Of a stretch of DNA of 64,000 nt, positions 37,443 to 50,450 are shown in pieces. The position numbers were made by a program, and so were the translations under genes. The stretch comes from Zootoca vivipara (lineage: Eukaryota): NCBI RefSeq assembly GCF_963506605.1, contig NC_083290.1:30132001-30196000 (forward strand). Direction: 5' to 3'. The first letter of the stretch is position 1, and each line of letters starts with the position of its first letter. The notes beneath the pieces are model-generated. The model was not told where the DNA came from. It saw nothing but the letters and a program-made list of their open reading frames with translations, and did not search any database.

Positions 37443-38378
37443 CAGTGGTTTCAAACTCTTCCAATGCAGCTTTGTGTTAGTGTGCTGTTTACAATAGAAT
37501 AAAATTTGCTGTTTGTCTCTCTGTTTCATCTGTGCAAACTCTTGGGGTGACCAGCTTGAGAGGGCATCCGGGCCTCAACATCAAGCGATCATTGTGAGTG
37601 TCAGGATTGCATGTGAGAATTGCAGGCTTCTGTGCACCCTGCATGTTTCATACAAGCATGGAAGCAATGCTGCCCTGTGCATGTGCCATGCCTGGGTGCA
37701 GCAGTGGCTGTTAGGAGCCAGAACCAAGGGTTGGGGTTCCAAGTGCCAGCAGAGCAGCCCAATGCAGTTCTCCCCCTTTGCGGTGATATTCATACATCAG
37801 CCAGGAGGTCTCTATAATAACATGCAGGTGACTGTTTGCTTGTTCTGACTGGCATGTTCACAAGCTCATTGAATGTCAGAGCTGGGACTTTGTCCTGGCT
37901 GGGTGGGTCAGTGTTGAGGGCCAGTATGGCTACAACTCATGGGGAGTGGGGCTGAGGATTTTCCCAGGATTTCAAAGGTGGAAGTGTCGTCTGGGAGGAA
38001 TGTCTGGCAGGTGGCGGTTTGTCCTGGATCAACACATTTTGGGGTGTCCTGGGTGTGTTTACTGCTGCTACCAGCCAGCCAGCCATGTGAGGGATAGGAG
38101 ATGGCTTGGGCTTTCCTAAGAGGACTGTCTCTCTTTCCTAAACTGAGCAGTGGGTGCAGAGTTAGGATTGCATATTAAGGCCACAAATGATTCAGTCACA
38201 ATGGCAACTATGAACCCCAAGATTTGGGAGCTCCAAACTGGTGCCAAAGTTTTGTAATAGTTTTGCAGCATTTTGTAGTGCAACCCCCCATTTTGCAGTA
38301 AATTGGACCATATTGGTTTTAGGGGTGTTAAATACGAACCCTGGTTTGAAGTATCAATTTCACAGTTTGGGGTGTGCT

Positions 38379-38533
38379 CAGGGCCGGCTCTAAGGCAAGG
38401 CTGGGTGGCGCAATGTGCTGGGCCGCTAGGGGGGCACTGCGCTGCGCCCGCCAGACAGCCATGCCGGGAAATGGGGTGGGGGCGCCGGAGGGATCTTCGC
38501 ACCAGGGCGCCAGATACGCTTAAGACAGCCCTG
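38379..38533. mobile_element. GC-rich hAT MITE
   Basis: CAGGGCCGGCTCTA...TAAGACAGCCCTG with 8-bp TSD GGTGTGCT. Same family as 47356-47588. Confidence 0.8.
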
Positions 38534-40305
38534 GGTGTGCTACAAAATGTGGGGTTTGCACTACAAAACAATACAAAACTATTACAAAACTTTGGCACTG
38601 GTTTGAAGTGAATCAGACCATGTTGGGTATTGGGGTGATACCTGTGACCCCCCCCCCAGTTTGAGCTTGGTTGCTGCAAAACATGGGGTTTGCTCTGCAG
38701 AACACTACAAAACTATTACAAAACTTTGGCACTGCAAATTTTTTGGGGTTCACAATCAATGACTCTGAGAGTGTGGCTGTGACACTTAGTTTCTCCTTGT
38801 GGTCTTCTTCCCTTTGGGACATCTGGTTGGCAGCTGAGAGAATAGGATGCTGTACCTTGTGGGTCCCCTTTTGCCTGCTGCATCTGTTGCAAAATTATTC
38901 TGATTCCCCTGTCAGCAGCTTCCTCTTGCCTTTGAATCCAGCTCATTTGGGATGTGTGCTTTCTTCTCTGTGGTAAAGGATCCACAGGATGGGGAGGAGG
39001 GCAGAGGCAGAGAGGATATTAGATTAATTATCTGAGGCGGGGGGGCGGGGAATCAATAAGATCTCCCTGGGGAAAGCTCTCCCAGGAGCCAGGTGACATC
39101 AATATAACATGAATGGAGGATATTTTGTTCCCAAGTAGTCTTGCTGCACACACTGCATGGTCATAATTAGAGGATATTTAGGGGATATTTAGAGAATGTT
39201 TAGAAGGGAGTGCAGAGCACTGGGGGCTCAAAAGTCCGGAGAAGTAGCTGGTGCAGTTCTCTGAGCTGACAGTCCAATCCAGGTTGCGATGACTGACTCT
39301 GATGGCTGCTTCTCAGGCCAGACAAAGGGAAAACCGGCTCAAATGCAATCCATCCTTTTCTGTCGGATCAGCTTTCGGCCAGACCAGAAAGTACAAAGTG
39401 CCTTTGTGGGGCCAGCCCAACTCCCTCCCATCACCAGAGTAGGAACCTGTTCAGCGATCCTTGCTGCTGTTGCTGCATGTTGAGACCTGACCCCAGCTGT
39501 ATGCCCTTCCCACAGCCCCAGAGAAGGAAGCCTCACGGCGCCACGATCCATGCTCTGTTGCACTCTTGGAAGGCACAACGGCCTGGACTGGCAGGGAAGC
39601 TTTGCTGGGAGTGGGGAAGGGCTGCTGTAGGCTGATTCAGCTGCCCCTGTGCTCGTGGTCATGTCACCTGTTATTTGGACCTGGCCTAAGGTGCATAAGA
39701 CACCAACAGGTGCCTGCTCCAGAACCTGCTTGCAAGGCTGGGCTTGGCTCATCACGGGAAGAGAGAGCCTCTGAGCATGTGTGAAATGCTTTCCCATCTT
39801 CACTGCAAAGCCACAAACTAACTGTTTGCCCTCAGAGCACAGATAGTGATGGAAGGAAAGACCCTATTAAACCCCCCCACCTCAATACACACATGCATGC
39901 TTCTCAGGCTTCAGAGTTTGTCATTGTGAAGGCTTCCCTCTTGTCTCTGTCCACCCCGCCAGCAAAGATCTCCCTGCCTCTGTCTTTCATTTTGATATCT
40001 GCCCTGGAGCTCCTTGAAATCCTTATTCTTACTGATCACTTGCAACAAATCATTTTAAATTCTTTATCCCAGCAGCATTAAGGTTGGAAGGCATTCACTA
40101 GGGCTGAGCTGAAATTCCTCAGAAGACATTTTTCTTCTGAGTAAGTGGCCAAGATCTATTTCCCGCCCCCTCACACCCTTAGAAAAAAAGGCAGCCACTT
40201 TTCAGAATGTTCTCCACATATTTTTCCACCATCCCTGTGCCTTGGAACAAGGTTTGATCTGCGGCACATTAAACTAAAAAGTCCCGCATGCTGCAACTTT
40301 CACTG

Positions 40306-40307
<2 letters not shown>

Positions 40308-40384
<77 letters not shown>
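40308..40384. repeat. (CT)n microsatellite
   Basis: Direct observation. Confidence 0.97.
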
Positions 40385-40386
<2 letters not shown>

Positions 40387-40479
40387 GGGAAATGGTAACT
40401 CCTCTGAGTAAGAGGACACATGATAGATGTGTTGCAATTTTGGATAGTATGGAGAAAGTAGAAAGTGGTCAGAGATTCC

Positions 40480-40870
40480 TCCCCCCCCCCATCTCATAAC
40501 ATTAGAATTTCAGGACAGAAAAAATGCAGGGCATAGTTAAGTTATGAAACTCCCACAGGAGGAGGCAGTGATGGCTACCAATTTGGATGGCTTTAAAAGA
40601 GGAGTAGACAAATTCATGGAGGATAAGGCTACCAATGGCTACTAGCCAGGATGGCTACCGTAGTTTGCATATCCTCCGTCAGAGGCACCATGCCTCTGCC
40701 TATCAGTTGCTGGAAAACACAGGAGGAGAAAGCGCTGTTGCACTCAAGTCCTGCTTGTGGGCTTCCCATAATGGGCATCTGGTTGGCCACTATGAGAACA
40801 GGATGCTGGACTGGATGGGCCGCTGCCTTGACCCCACAGCTGGGCTCTTATGTTCTCCTAGTTCCTCTGA
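40480..40870 (+). mobile_element. CR1-like LINE 3' fragment
   Basis: GGCTTTAAAAGAGGAGTAGACAAATTCATGGAGGATAAGGCT...GCTCTTATGTTCT, typical of a CR1 3' end (from recall). Confidence 0.65.
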
Positions 40871-41440
40871 CCACAAACAGGGTGGAGAACTTTGCAAGGC
40901 CATTTACCATACACAGAGCACCAGCATTAGCCTTTTGCTTCTGCCATGACTTAACGGGGTGGCCTGCTTGCTCCTGGTCTGATCATCAGGTAGTTGCCAA
41001 AAGGGAGAATGGAAATCTCTCCTCCCCCTCTGTCGTGGGAGCTAAGCACCCCCTGCTCAGCTATGGAGGAATTGAAGTTAGCAGAAAGGGAGAGGTCCTG
41101 AGCATGTGGGAGAGGGCCTAGGCCTCCCCTGACGAATCACAACCAGCCCTACACACTGAGGAGTGCTACGTGCAGTCAAGCTACAGCCCCAGTTCCTCTC
41201 TGCAAACCACTGCCTGCCCCAGGGAAGTCAGGGTGGAGGCAGTCTCAGCTGTAACAGCAGCAAGACTGGGAGAGGCTTCCTGGTTTGGCCTGTGGGAGGG
41301 AGAGGGGAGGGGAGGAGGAGAAGCAGAGAGCCCTCTTGGCTCCACCTTGTTTAGTCCCGTGCCAGAAGGGCACCTGAGAGGAGTGGCTGTACTCTGCTGC
41401 AGCAGTCCGCCTCCTCTCCACCGTCCCAGCGGCTGTGGAC

Positions 41441-44173
41441 ATGGCACCTTGTTCCCAGGGGCTGCCTGGCCCCAGCTGGGTGGGCTTCCTGCTGCTAGGT
41501 AAGGACTACAGCCCTGCTCTTCTCTCCCTTTGCTTGTCAATCCCTGCCCTGGGCTCTGCTCTTAGGGGCAAGAGCTCCAAAGCAAGCTGGCAGGCCAGCC
41601 CAAGCCAGGCACTTTCTGGGCTGTGCGGACAGTGGGGAGCTCACAGGCGCTCTTGGACAAACAGGTTTGAGGTGTCTTCCAGGCACAGAGAAAGAGAGAG
41701 ACTCCCCTCCACTGCCATTTCCTTGGCCTCCTATGAGAATCACCAGGTGGGGGTGCCCAGCAGAGGGCCCAGGGCCTGGAGGGGATGGCCAGCAGTGGTC
41801 TCATTCTGTTCAGGCCAGCTGGGCTGCTATTGCCTGCCTGTACCTGGACAATGTGGCCTCAACTCTGCTTTTCTCCAGCTGTCAAACTCCAGCTGATTGT
41901 GGACGGTTTACCCTGGTGTGATTGAACAGGGGCTCCGGTGAAAGTATTGTCCTGAGCTCCTGTTTATTCTGTGTGTTTCCCCCCCCTCTCCTGCCAACCT
42001 TCCCCTCCCTCTGGAGGGCTCTGCCAAAAAGAAGGAATGTTTGTGCTCTGCTCCACTGAGAGATAAAGGGAGGCCAATGCGGGAATGCGGGATCAGTTTC
42101 CTCTCCTGCAAGGGCTTGGCTTCTCTGGAGACCCTCCTTCCCTCCCTTGAGAAAACAGACCTTCACACCTTTCCCTAATGCAGCACTTTTAACAAGAGAC
42201 ACTTGGCAGGTTTGGTTTTTTCACTGTTTCGCTTTCCACGCCATTCCCCTTTTCCATGCCGGAAATCGAGGCCAGAAGGCAGCAGCATTCTATGCAAGAC
42301 CAGCCTGGCAATGCCTGTGTCCTAGCATGCCCAAGCCCAGCGCTCTACCCATTGCATCACACAGCCACAGAGTTCATTCGCTGTGGACACAGAATCAACT
42401 CACGTGTTTTGTAAGCCGGATGTAGGAATCAAGCATTTCTATCATAAGGAGTTACCTTACCATGAATCACTTAGAGGAGAAGCAGAGCCAAGGTCTTGGC
42501 AGAAGTTTCTTCCTCCTTCTGCAGAGGCAGCTCTTGGCCTTTCCTCCAACCTGACGAGGGTGGTGGTGGCAGCCTAGGGATTTATGGATCAGGTGGTCCA
42601 GCTACTGCCCAAGGGCAGAGAGACCACTTTGGGGACCTTACCACCTTCCACCCATGAGTACTGGCTTTGCCCAACTTGTGTCCTCAATATTCTAAAAGAA
42701 AGCCGCTTTATTTACCATATTTTTCGCTCCATAAGACACACCTGACCACAAGACGCACTTAGTTTTTTAGAGGAGGAAAACAAGAAAAGAAATATTCTGA
42801 ATCAATGCTGCTGTTGGCAGTGGCAGCTGAGGGAGGAGCAGCCCACTTTCGGGCTGCTCGTCCCGCCCCAGCCACTGGGAGCCATGGCTCCAGTGGCAGA
42901 GGCATCCCTCCAGTGGCAGAGGCTCGAAGGATCCCGCTGCCGTCCAGTGCTTTAGCTCCATAAGATGCACAGACATTTTCCCTTCCTTTTTAGGAGGGAA
43001 AAAGTGCACCTTATGGAGCGAAAAATACGGTATTGTTTCATTTTATTTTGTGCATCGATATCCTGCCTTTGTTGCATCCTGGTCAATGGGAAGGGAATGG
43101 TGATTCCCAGGTGTCATTTCACCTGTGCCCTAAGCAGATAATGAGTGCCTTAGCATCCAAATAGAGGCTGCAACCTTTGGCATCTGGGTAAGGGCAGAGA
43201 CCCTTTCCCTGAAGATTGAAATTAAGGAGCTTCTCAGGGTGAGCTGGAGAAAGAGAAGGGCAGCCAGCAGCCCATTGACTAACACAAGCCAGCTTGGGGG
43301 GGGGGATTTTAGGCATGGGAATCCTTTACTCTAGAGCAGCCAGTGTCCAAAGCTACTGCTCAGTTTTGTTTTGTTTTTTTACTTAATTTATGAATTGCTT
43401 TCCCTAAAACATCCCCATGTGACTTAACAATAAAAATAACAACCACCGTGTTTCTCCGAAAATAAGACACCATCTTATATTTATTTTTCCTCAAAAAACA
43501 AACAAAAAAACACTGGCTTACTTTCAGGGGATGTCTTATTTTTTTCCTCCTCCTGCCGCGGCCGGCATTGCTGCTGCGCCTATCACTATGTCTTATTTTC
43601 GGGGTATGGCTTATATTCCTTGAATGCATAAAAATCCTGCTATGGCTTATTTTATGACTACGTCTTAAAATAGGGGAAACAGGGCATGAAAACATAGATA
43701 CATTCTCAACCCAGTACACATAAAAACGGGGGTGAAAATCTCCATTTAAAAGGCTTTTTGGAAAAGGAACTTATTCCCTAGGTACCAAAAAGTCAGTAAA
43801 TATTCTGCCTGCCTGTTATGTACAGGAGGGGTTTCCAAAGAGTAGTTGCTACACTGGAAGCAGAAACTCATTTTATTTTGGGGTAGCCTCTTCTGCCTGA
43901 CAGCTGCAGGTAGGAGAGATCAAAGTCGCACCAATGCTTACAGTATGTAGCAGGTGCCCATCTTCTTCAGGTGCTGAAGCCAGGCAGGGCACTGAGCCCA
44001 GCCAACTTGCCATCTTTCAGGGCAGTTGAGAAGCCCTCCCCTTCCAGCTAGACCTAAACCCACCAAAAGGGCAGAGTGTCACCCAGGATGCGCAAAATCA
44101 TCCCAAGGAAGGTTTAGCCAGGGCATCACTCTTGGCTCTGGGAGATTATTGGTGCTAAGCTAGAATGCTGACA

Positions 44174-44220
<47 letters not shown>

Positions 44221-47205
44221 TGTAGGGGCTCATTTTCTATGCTTCTTTCCCCTCCAGTGCTCTGGCCTGTGTCAGCTGTGGACATTTACACTCCTAAGTC
44301 CCTGGAAGTCCTGAATGGGACAGAAGTGCGCTTGAAATGCACCTTCCGCAGCTATTCCACAGTCGGGTCAAAGTTGACAGTGTCCTGGCACTTCCAGCCT
44401 GAGGAACCTGGCAGATCTGAGTTTGTAAGTTCATCTCTGCAGCCTTTTCATTGAACATGACCTGGGCTCTTCCCCAGGGTTGTGGCCCCAGTTTGGTGCT
44501 TGGGCCTCCAGAGGATCCTGAGCAGCTGATAAACCTCCCTGTGAAGTTGGGAGTTTTGCAGCCCAGTCTCTGCAACCCTCTCACCACCTGCCTCTACCCA
44601 TGTCCAATATGCTCTGAATAAGCACCCTGCACCCCCGTGGAGCAAAGGGGAGTGAGTGGGTGTCACCTTGTACCATGGCCATGAGGCTCTAGAGACCAAT
44701 CATGCCCAATAAAGTGGGACTTGTGAGTGGCTCTTGCTGATCAAATGTTTACAGATCCTGAAAACGGCTTGTATTATAATGTCTCTGCTCTGAATAGCTG
44801 CAGCTGACATCCATGCAACAAAATCCAGTCCCTGATGGGAAGATGGTTCAGATCCCTCTTTGGAGATCGGCTTAATCAAGGGCAGTTCACCACTGTTGGC
44901 AGGGCTGGCCCAAGGCATTTTGCTGCCTAAGGCAGAGAGCTAAACAGGTGTTCACCCTCTCTAGCCAGGACCCACACTTTGAAAAGTCTTGCTGTACCAC
45001 TCAGACACAAATCCTCTCCCACTCTTGGTGCTGCCTGAAGGAAGTTGCTTCACTCTTTTGCATGGCTGGGCCAGACCTGACCAGTCAATCTCACCCATTC
45101 CCAGGAGTATATTCATTTAGAGAACCTCCTGGCTCCTCCGGTTTCAAAAAATCTCCTGCAGAAGTGGGAGGTGCTATCCACAGAGGACTGAGGTCACTGA
45201 AAAGTGGCTGTCATTTAACACCAGCAGTGGCAGGCATGATAGCTGGGCTTCTCCTTGCAACTTCCTAGGTTTTCTACTACAGTGAGGAGCCTTTCCCGCC
45301 GACATCAGGTCGCTTCAAAGGCAGAGTCACATGGGATGGCAACATCCACAGGAACGATGGCTCCATTATCCTTTGGGACACCAAGCCCAGTGACAACGGG
45401 ACCTTCCAGTGCCACGTGAGGAACCCGCCCGATGTGGACGGTCCGACTGGCGAGATCCAGCTACGTGTGGTGACGAAAGGTTTGTGACTTCGGGGGGAGG
45501 GTGCGGGTGGGGTTGCTGGGGGAGGGAGGGGCTGCTCAGTCGCCAGTGCTTCTGGGGTACAGGGGCCACTGTCTCCCTCTTGCACACCCAACATGCCTTT
45601 CATCCCTGCACAGTGACTTTCTCAGAGATCCACATCCTAGCATTCGTTATCGGCGCTGTCTGTTTTCTGATGATTGTCATCGTTGTCGTGGTTGTCATCT
45701 GCCGCTCCCGGAAGAGAAGGCATGGAGATATGGAGTCAGAAGTGGAGGAGACAGAACTGTAAGTGTGTGTGTGGTGTGTGTGTGTGTGTGTAAGGAAGCT
45801 GGCTAGAGCCAATTTGCCTGGCCTTGTGGGAACCACAACTGGTCTCTTGGCCGTCACAGAAAATGGACACCAACTGTTCACTGATATAGGTAAATCACTC
45901 TCTTCAAAAAAAGATGAAGATGACCACACAGCCTTGAGAGATAGAGCAAGGGATGGTTTGGGGCTGGGATCAGTAAGTAATGGAACCAGGAGTGCCAGAA
46001 TTTACTTGCCTGGATCCCATAAAGCTTTAATGGGTCACAGGCAAGTGCCAATGGGCCGGGTTGTTGACAGGCTCTGGTGAACCAGAGAAGTTAAAATGAA
46101 AAAGGCCAAGTCTCTACACATGTGGCAGAATGAAGTGAGCCTATGTGGGAGACCATGGAAGCAGCCCTAGAAGTGATATTCATCACTTCTAAACAGACTG
46201 CATTTTAAAAACTCCTCCTAAACATCTTAGGATCCAGACTCCTGAAGGGATGACTCTTCTCATATTGGTCTGCCTGTGTCTTGAGGTCTTCAGCCAAAAC
46301 TTTCACTCGGGTGTCTCCTTTATTTGGTACTCAACAATGAAAGAAAACGCTTTTTCAGTGGTGGCTTCCCAGCTGGGGAACATCCTTCCAAGAGAGGCTC
46401 ACCTGGTGCCAACAATGAAATCTTTTCAGCCCCACGCAAAAGTGTTTGCTGTCAATTGGTTTTATGAACTGTGTTTATTGCTTTATGGTTGAAATGATTA
46501 TTGACTGCATACCACCCGAAGTTACAAAAGGATGAAAAGCTGTATAAATATGTTTTGTAATAGATAAATAAAACCTCCCTGCCATTGGAAGTTTAGCCCA
46601 CTTGGGGAGAAAAGTTCTATTCCACTCCACTCACAGCTGTGCTAGTTTTCCATCGCAAGCAGTTTTCATTGTAGGGCCATTTAAAGTTGGGACCCACATC
46701 CTGCAGCTACAGTTTTCAGTGTGGTGCACACCATTCTGCTACCTCGTTCATCTGCTACGTATACAAGGCGAAGGAAATTCATTGCAAAACATTTTGATGG
46801 CTTTGTGTCGAAGTGGAGGAAAAGTCGGGCCAGAAACTGAACTGAGTTGCTCCACAACTGCCTGCAAGTGGGGCACATTTGCTGTGTTACTAGCACAGAC
46901 TTGTGACCTACACGGTGAGCGCTGCACCGAGTGGATCAGGACTGTGACTTTGGCAGGACCCAGGACAGCTGAGCTTCACTAGCTTCTAGGCTGGGGTGGG
47001 CCCTCCTGCTGCTCCTCACTGCCTCCCAAATCCAGGAGGGACTCTTGCCTTTCATTTTACACAGCAGCCTCTTTTTTCCTCCCTGACCCCGAGGCCAGAG
47101 AACTTGGCTGGCTCCCTAACTACTGCTTTTGTTGCATTTGATAACAGGTCAGAGAAGGAGAATTCGAAAGAGACAGAGAAGCACTTGCTAGAAGAGGGAG
47201 CCTAA
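41441..47205 (+). CDS. MPZL2: Myelin protein zero-like 2 (EVA1), ~212 aa
   Basis: Exons 41441-41498, 44258-44424 ([23 protein letters not shown]...VSWHF), 45269-45479 ([12 protein letters not shown]...[17 protein letters not shown]), 45614-45758 (TM), 47148-47205. Probable 3'UTR intron 47214-48201 and polyA AATAAA 49571-49576. Syntenic with CD3E. Confidence 0.95.
42713..43032. mobile_element. Tigger/pogo-like MITE
   Basis: TA-flanked TIRs CCATATTTTTCGCTCCATAAG / CTTATGGAGCGAAAAATACGG. Confidence 0.8.
43445..43685. mobile_element. Tigger/pogo-like MITE (same family as 58137-58805, opposite orientation)
   Basis: TIRs CCGTGTTTCTCCGAAAATAAG / CTTAAAATAGGGGAAACAGGG. Confidence 0.8.
44178..44217. 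repeat. (TG)n microsatellite upstream of MPZL2 exon 2
   Basis: Direct observation. Confidence 0.95.
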
Positions 47206-47345
47206 TGTGCCCGGTAGGTACCTTTGGCTTTGCCCCTTTCTCCAGAAGGCATTTCTGTTACCAAGTGGGTGGTAGAGTCCAAGGTGGGTCAGCAGAAGCC
47301 CAGCGGAAGGTGTCTCCATCTAGCCATTCTAAATGTTTGGGGAAA

Positions 47346-47782
47346 GGGCCACAGCCAGGGCCGGCTCTAGGTAGACCCCCGGTGGCTCAGGGCACCATGG
47401 CGCCGGCCCGCCAGGAGGGCGCCACGAGCTGCGCCCGCCCGCTGGCCGGCCAGTCCGCCGGTTCGACACGCAGCTGCGCCTGTGGCAGCCACGCTGCGCC
47501 CACCCACCCACCGCACTGGGAAACTGGGCGGGAGGGTGCCGGAGAGATTCGGCGCACCACGGCGCCAGGGGCGCTTAAAACGGCCCTGGCCACAGTTCAG
47601 TAGCAGAGCACCTGCTTTGCAAGCAGAAGGTCCCAGTTCAATCCCTAGCACTATTTCCTGGTGGGACTGGAAAAAGACCCCTTGTCTGAACCCCTGGAGA
47701 GCTACAACTAGCCAGTGCAAGCAGTATTGACCTAGAAGGGCCCAATGCTCTGACTCTCTATAAGGCAGCTTCCTATGTTCCC
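47346..47782 (+). mobile_element. Squam3-like SINE interrupted at its head by a GC-rich hAT MITE (47356-47588)
   Basis: TSD GCCACAG(C/T) around the MITE. The SINE body continues GCAGAGCACCTGCTTTGCAAGCAGAAGGTCCCAGTTCAATCCC...AAGGCAGCTTCCTATGTTC. Confidence 0.75.
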
Positions 47783-48628
47783 CTATCTCCACAAGAAAGA
47801 GCACTTATAGGAGCTTTTAAATAAGATCTTGTGCTTGAGTTTGGCTTTTTCCTTTTTCCTCCACTCTCCTTTTCCTTTAGTGTTGTGCCATTTTTACTCT
47901 AAACCTGAGGGTAGGGACTATCTTATTGCTGATCACTGTAAACAACTCTGGTAGCATTTTTTTGGCTGACCGACAAGATCCAAATACTTTAAGTGAATAA
48001 AATAAAATTGGAGGGAGCAGAGAACATTGTCACATACCTTGCGGAAAGAGGAATTGAAACCTGTTTATGCAACTTGTTGGCACACCCCTGCAGTGTTGCC
48101 CTTGCTGGCCTAGGTTGAACCCATCACCCTTTCCAGCATTGCCCTCAGGCTCAGGGATGAAGCCTAAGAATAACCTGTGTACCTGTCTGTTCTCCTCACA
48201 GGTCTACTGCCCACCCCCATAGGAGCTGGAGGCTGGTTCTTCAGAGTTCTGGATCAGAGATGGCGGATGCCACAAGACAGCTGTCCCTGATTCCCTTGCC
48301 TTAGAGAAGTGCATCACCACTGTTATCTTCAAAGGCCCTCTGAGGCTGCAGCTCTTGGTGGAAAGACCTTAAGGCTTGGCCTATAGCAGAGTGTGGCGGT
48401 TCCTAGTGATGCTATAGTGTGTGTCTGGAGGGGTCATGGGTGGCTCCCCAGCCCTGACCTGGTGCATATCTGTGGGGAATTATTCCAAGCAAACAACTGT
48501 CAGAAAAGGCGAAGACTCCAACACACAGCCTCTTTCTCAACTAGGACTATGCCACTCTTGCACAAATACAGTCCAACTTTCTAAGTTTTTGGGGAGCTCA
48601 GCCTGGCTAGACTCCTGAGGCTTAAAGG

Positions 48629-48661
<33 letters not shown>

Positions 48662-49629
48662 TATTTGTACCCATAGGAGAAGCCCTCCCTACCCCTCCAC
48701 AGCTAAACTGTTAAGCAGAGAATAGAATCATAGAGTTGGAAAGAACAATCAGTCCAGCCCCCTGCAATGTGGGAATCTTTTTGCCCGAGGTGGGGCTCAA
48801 ACCCACAACCCTGAGATTTTCCTGCTCTGCCAGTTGAGGTGTTGCTCAAGAGTCACAGCCCACAGTGCTCCAATCATCCTATCACCAGCAGTTCAGTATC
48901 CACAGTAGCTCCAATAACTGTAGGGCTGGTCAACATTATGAGCCCAGGAAGAAAGAAGCTGATGATGGGTGGGGCGTCTGGGTTTCTGTTTCTTCACAGT
49001 GAGCCATCACCATCCCTTTCCCTGCACACATTGCACCCCAGGCGCAAGCCAAGATTCTCTTCCTCCTGGAATTCTGGAGATGCAAACTGACTTGTCCAAA
49101 TGCTGCGACAAACCCCTCCTCCCTCAGAATTTGCACCCAGGGCCATTTGCAATTCAACAGCTTTCAGGACTGGAGGCTTTTCAGGAAGCCTCAGCCAGCC
49201 CCCCTCTGCGCTGTATATTTATTGTTCAGAAACTGCCTTTCAGCGCTCTAAACTAGGCCAGTTCAGTCCCGCTTGCCCCACTATTTGGGGAGGGGGCGAG
49301 GTCACATCTGTAGAGCCCCTTCCCCCTCTGCTAGAGGATATGCGGCACGCTCCTTCCCCCGCCAGCCTGCCCTGCAGAGGCGCAGGGGGTCGTCCTGGGC
49401 CGCCGAGTAAACTGCCAAGCATTCCCGGTCTGCTTCTGGATATGGAAAGTGGTCAGGGGAGGGAGGGAGCACCTTGGGGGGCGGGTTTGTCCTTTGCCGG
49501 CCCGGCCCTGGAATTTAGTTGTCCTTGAGAGACTGGTTACGCATTTGTATGTAAATAAGCTGTATTTCACAATAAAAACTGTAAACCTTTGAAAGTCAAG
49601 CGAACTTTGAGCCTGTTTTGTAAGTTTTT

Positions 49630-50450
49630 TTCCGGGCTTCTCGTGGGGAAGCCGGCCAGCTGGGAGGCCCCTCTTCCCGCGGCAAGGGCTCAGCTGAGGG
49701 AGGCAACGCGGGCCGGCAGCGCCCTAGAGAGAGAGAGAGAGAGATGATGCCCTGGCGGCGGCGGCGGCAACATCACTATTCCGTATCCCGCTTGTGGAGC
49801 CGGTGACGCCGCAGAGCGCTTGGATGACGCAGTCGCCACTCGCGTCTTTTCGGCGCCTCTGAGCATGTGCAGATTGCCGGCTGCTGTGCAGGGAGTGTCT
49901 CTGGGCGGCCATTTTGAGCCTCTCCCCTCCCTTTCCGGCCTCACCTGGGCGGACAGGTGTCGTCCGAGGAAGTGGCGAGGAAAATGGGGCTCTCGCGGAA
50001 GAAGCCTGGCGGTGGGGTCCTCCTGCTTCTGTGGGGTGAGAGAGGGGCGGAGGCGGGAGCGGGGCCCTTCCCTTCCCCTCCCCTCCCCTCCAGCAAGCAC
50101 ATAGCGCTGTCCTGGATCTCGGGCTTGCCTCTGGTCCTGTGGCCGACCCGACCGAGAACAGCCGCCCGGGCCTGGTGCCAAACAGCGAGAAGCGCAGCCA
50201 GGTCTCCTCCGGAGCAAGTCGACTCGGCCTGCCGGCGGTACGGGGCCAAGAGAAACATTGGAGTGCAGCGAGGGCTGCCTTCGTGGTTTCCAGGCGGGAG
50301 CGAATCGGGGCCAGAAGCCCCGCGCCCCTTTGCCTGCTGCCCGGGGAAGAGGCGCACGGCCAGCCCGCCTAAGGGAATTTTCTATCCGGAGACGCGACTC
50401 CGCCAAGTGGCGGAGGGAGGCGACGGGGCTCGGCCTTCCCAGTTCCTGTA
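49630..50450 (+). promoter_or_regulatory. MPZL3 CpG-island promoter
   Basis: CpG-rich region spanning exon 1. TGACG half-CREs, YY1-like GGCCATTTT (~49907), ETS GGAAGT. Confidence 0.75.

Noticed and set aside
36754-37520. Selenoprotein (two in-frame TGA codons)
   Set aside because: The putative 3'UTR is only ~60-80 nt with no SECIS-like structure. CpG decay is simpler.
49690-50406. 238-aa minus-strand ORF
   Set aside because: Stop-poor GC-rich CpG island antisense to MPZL3 exon 1, with no protein features.
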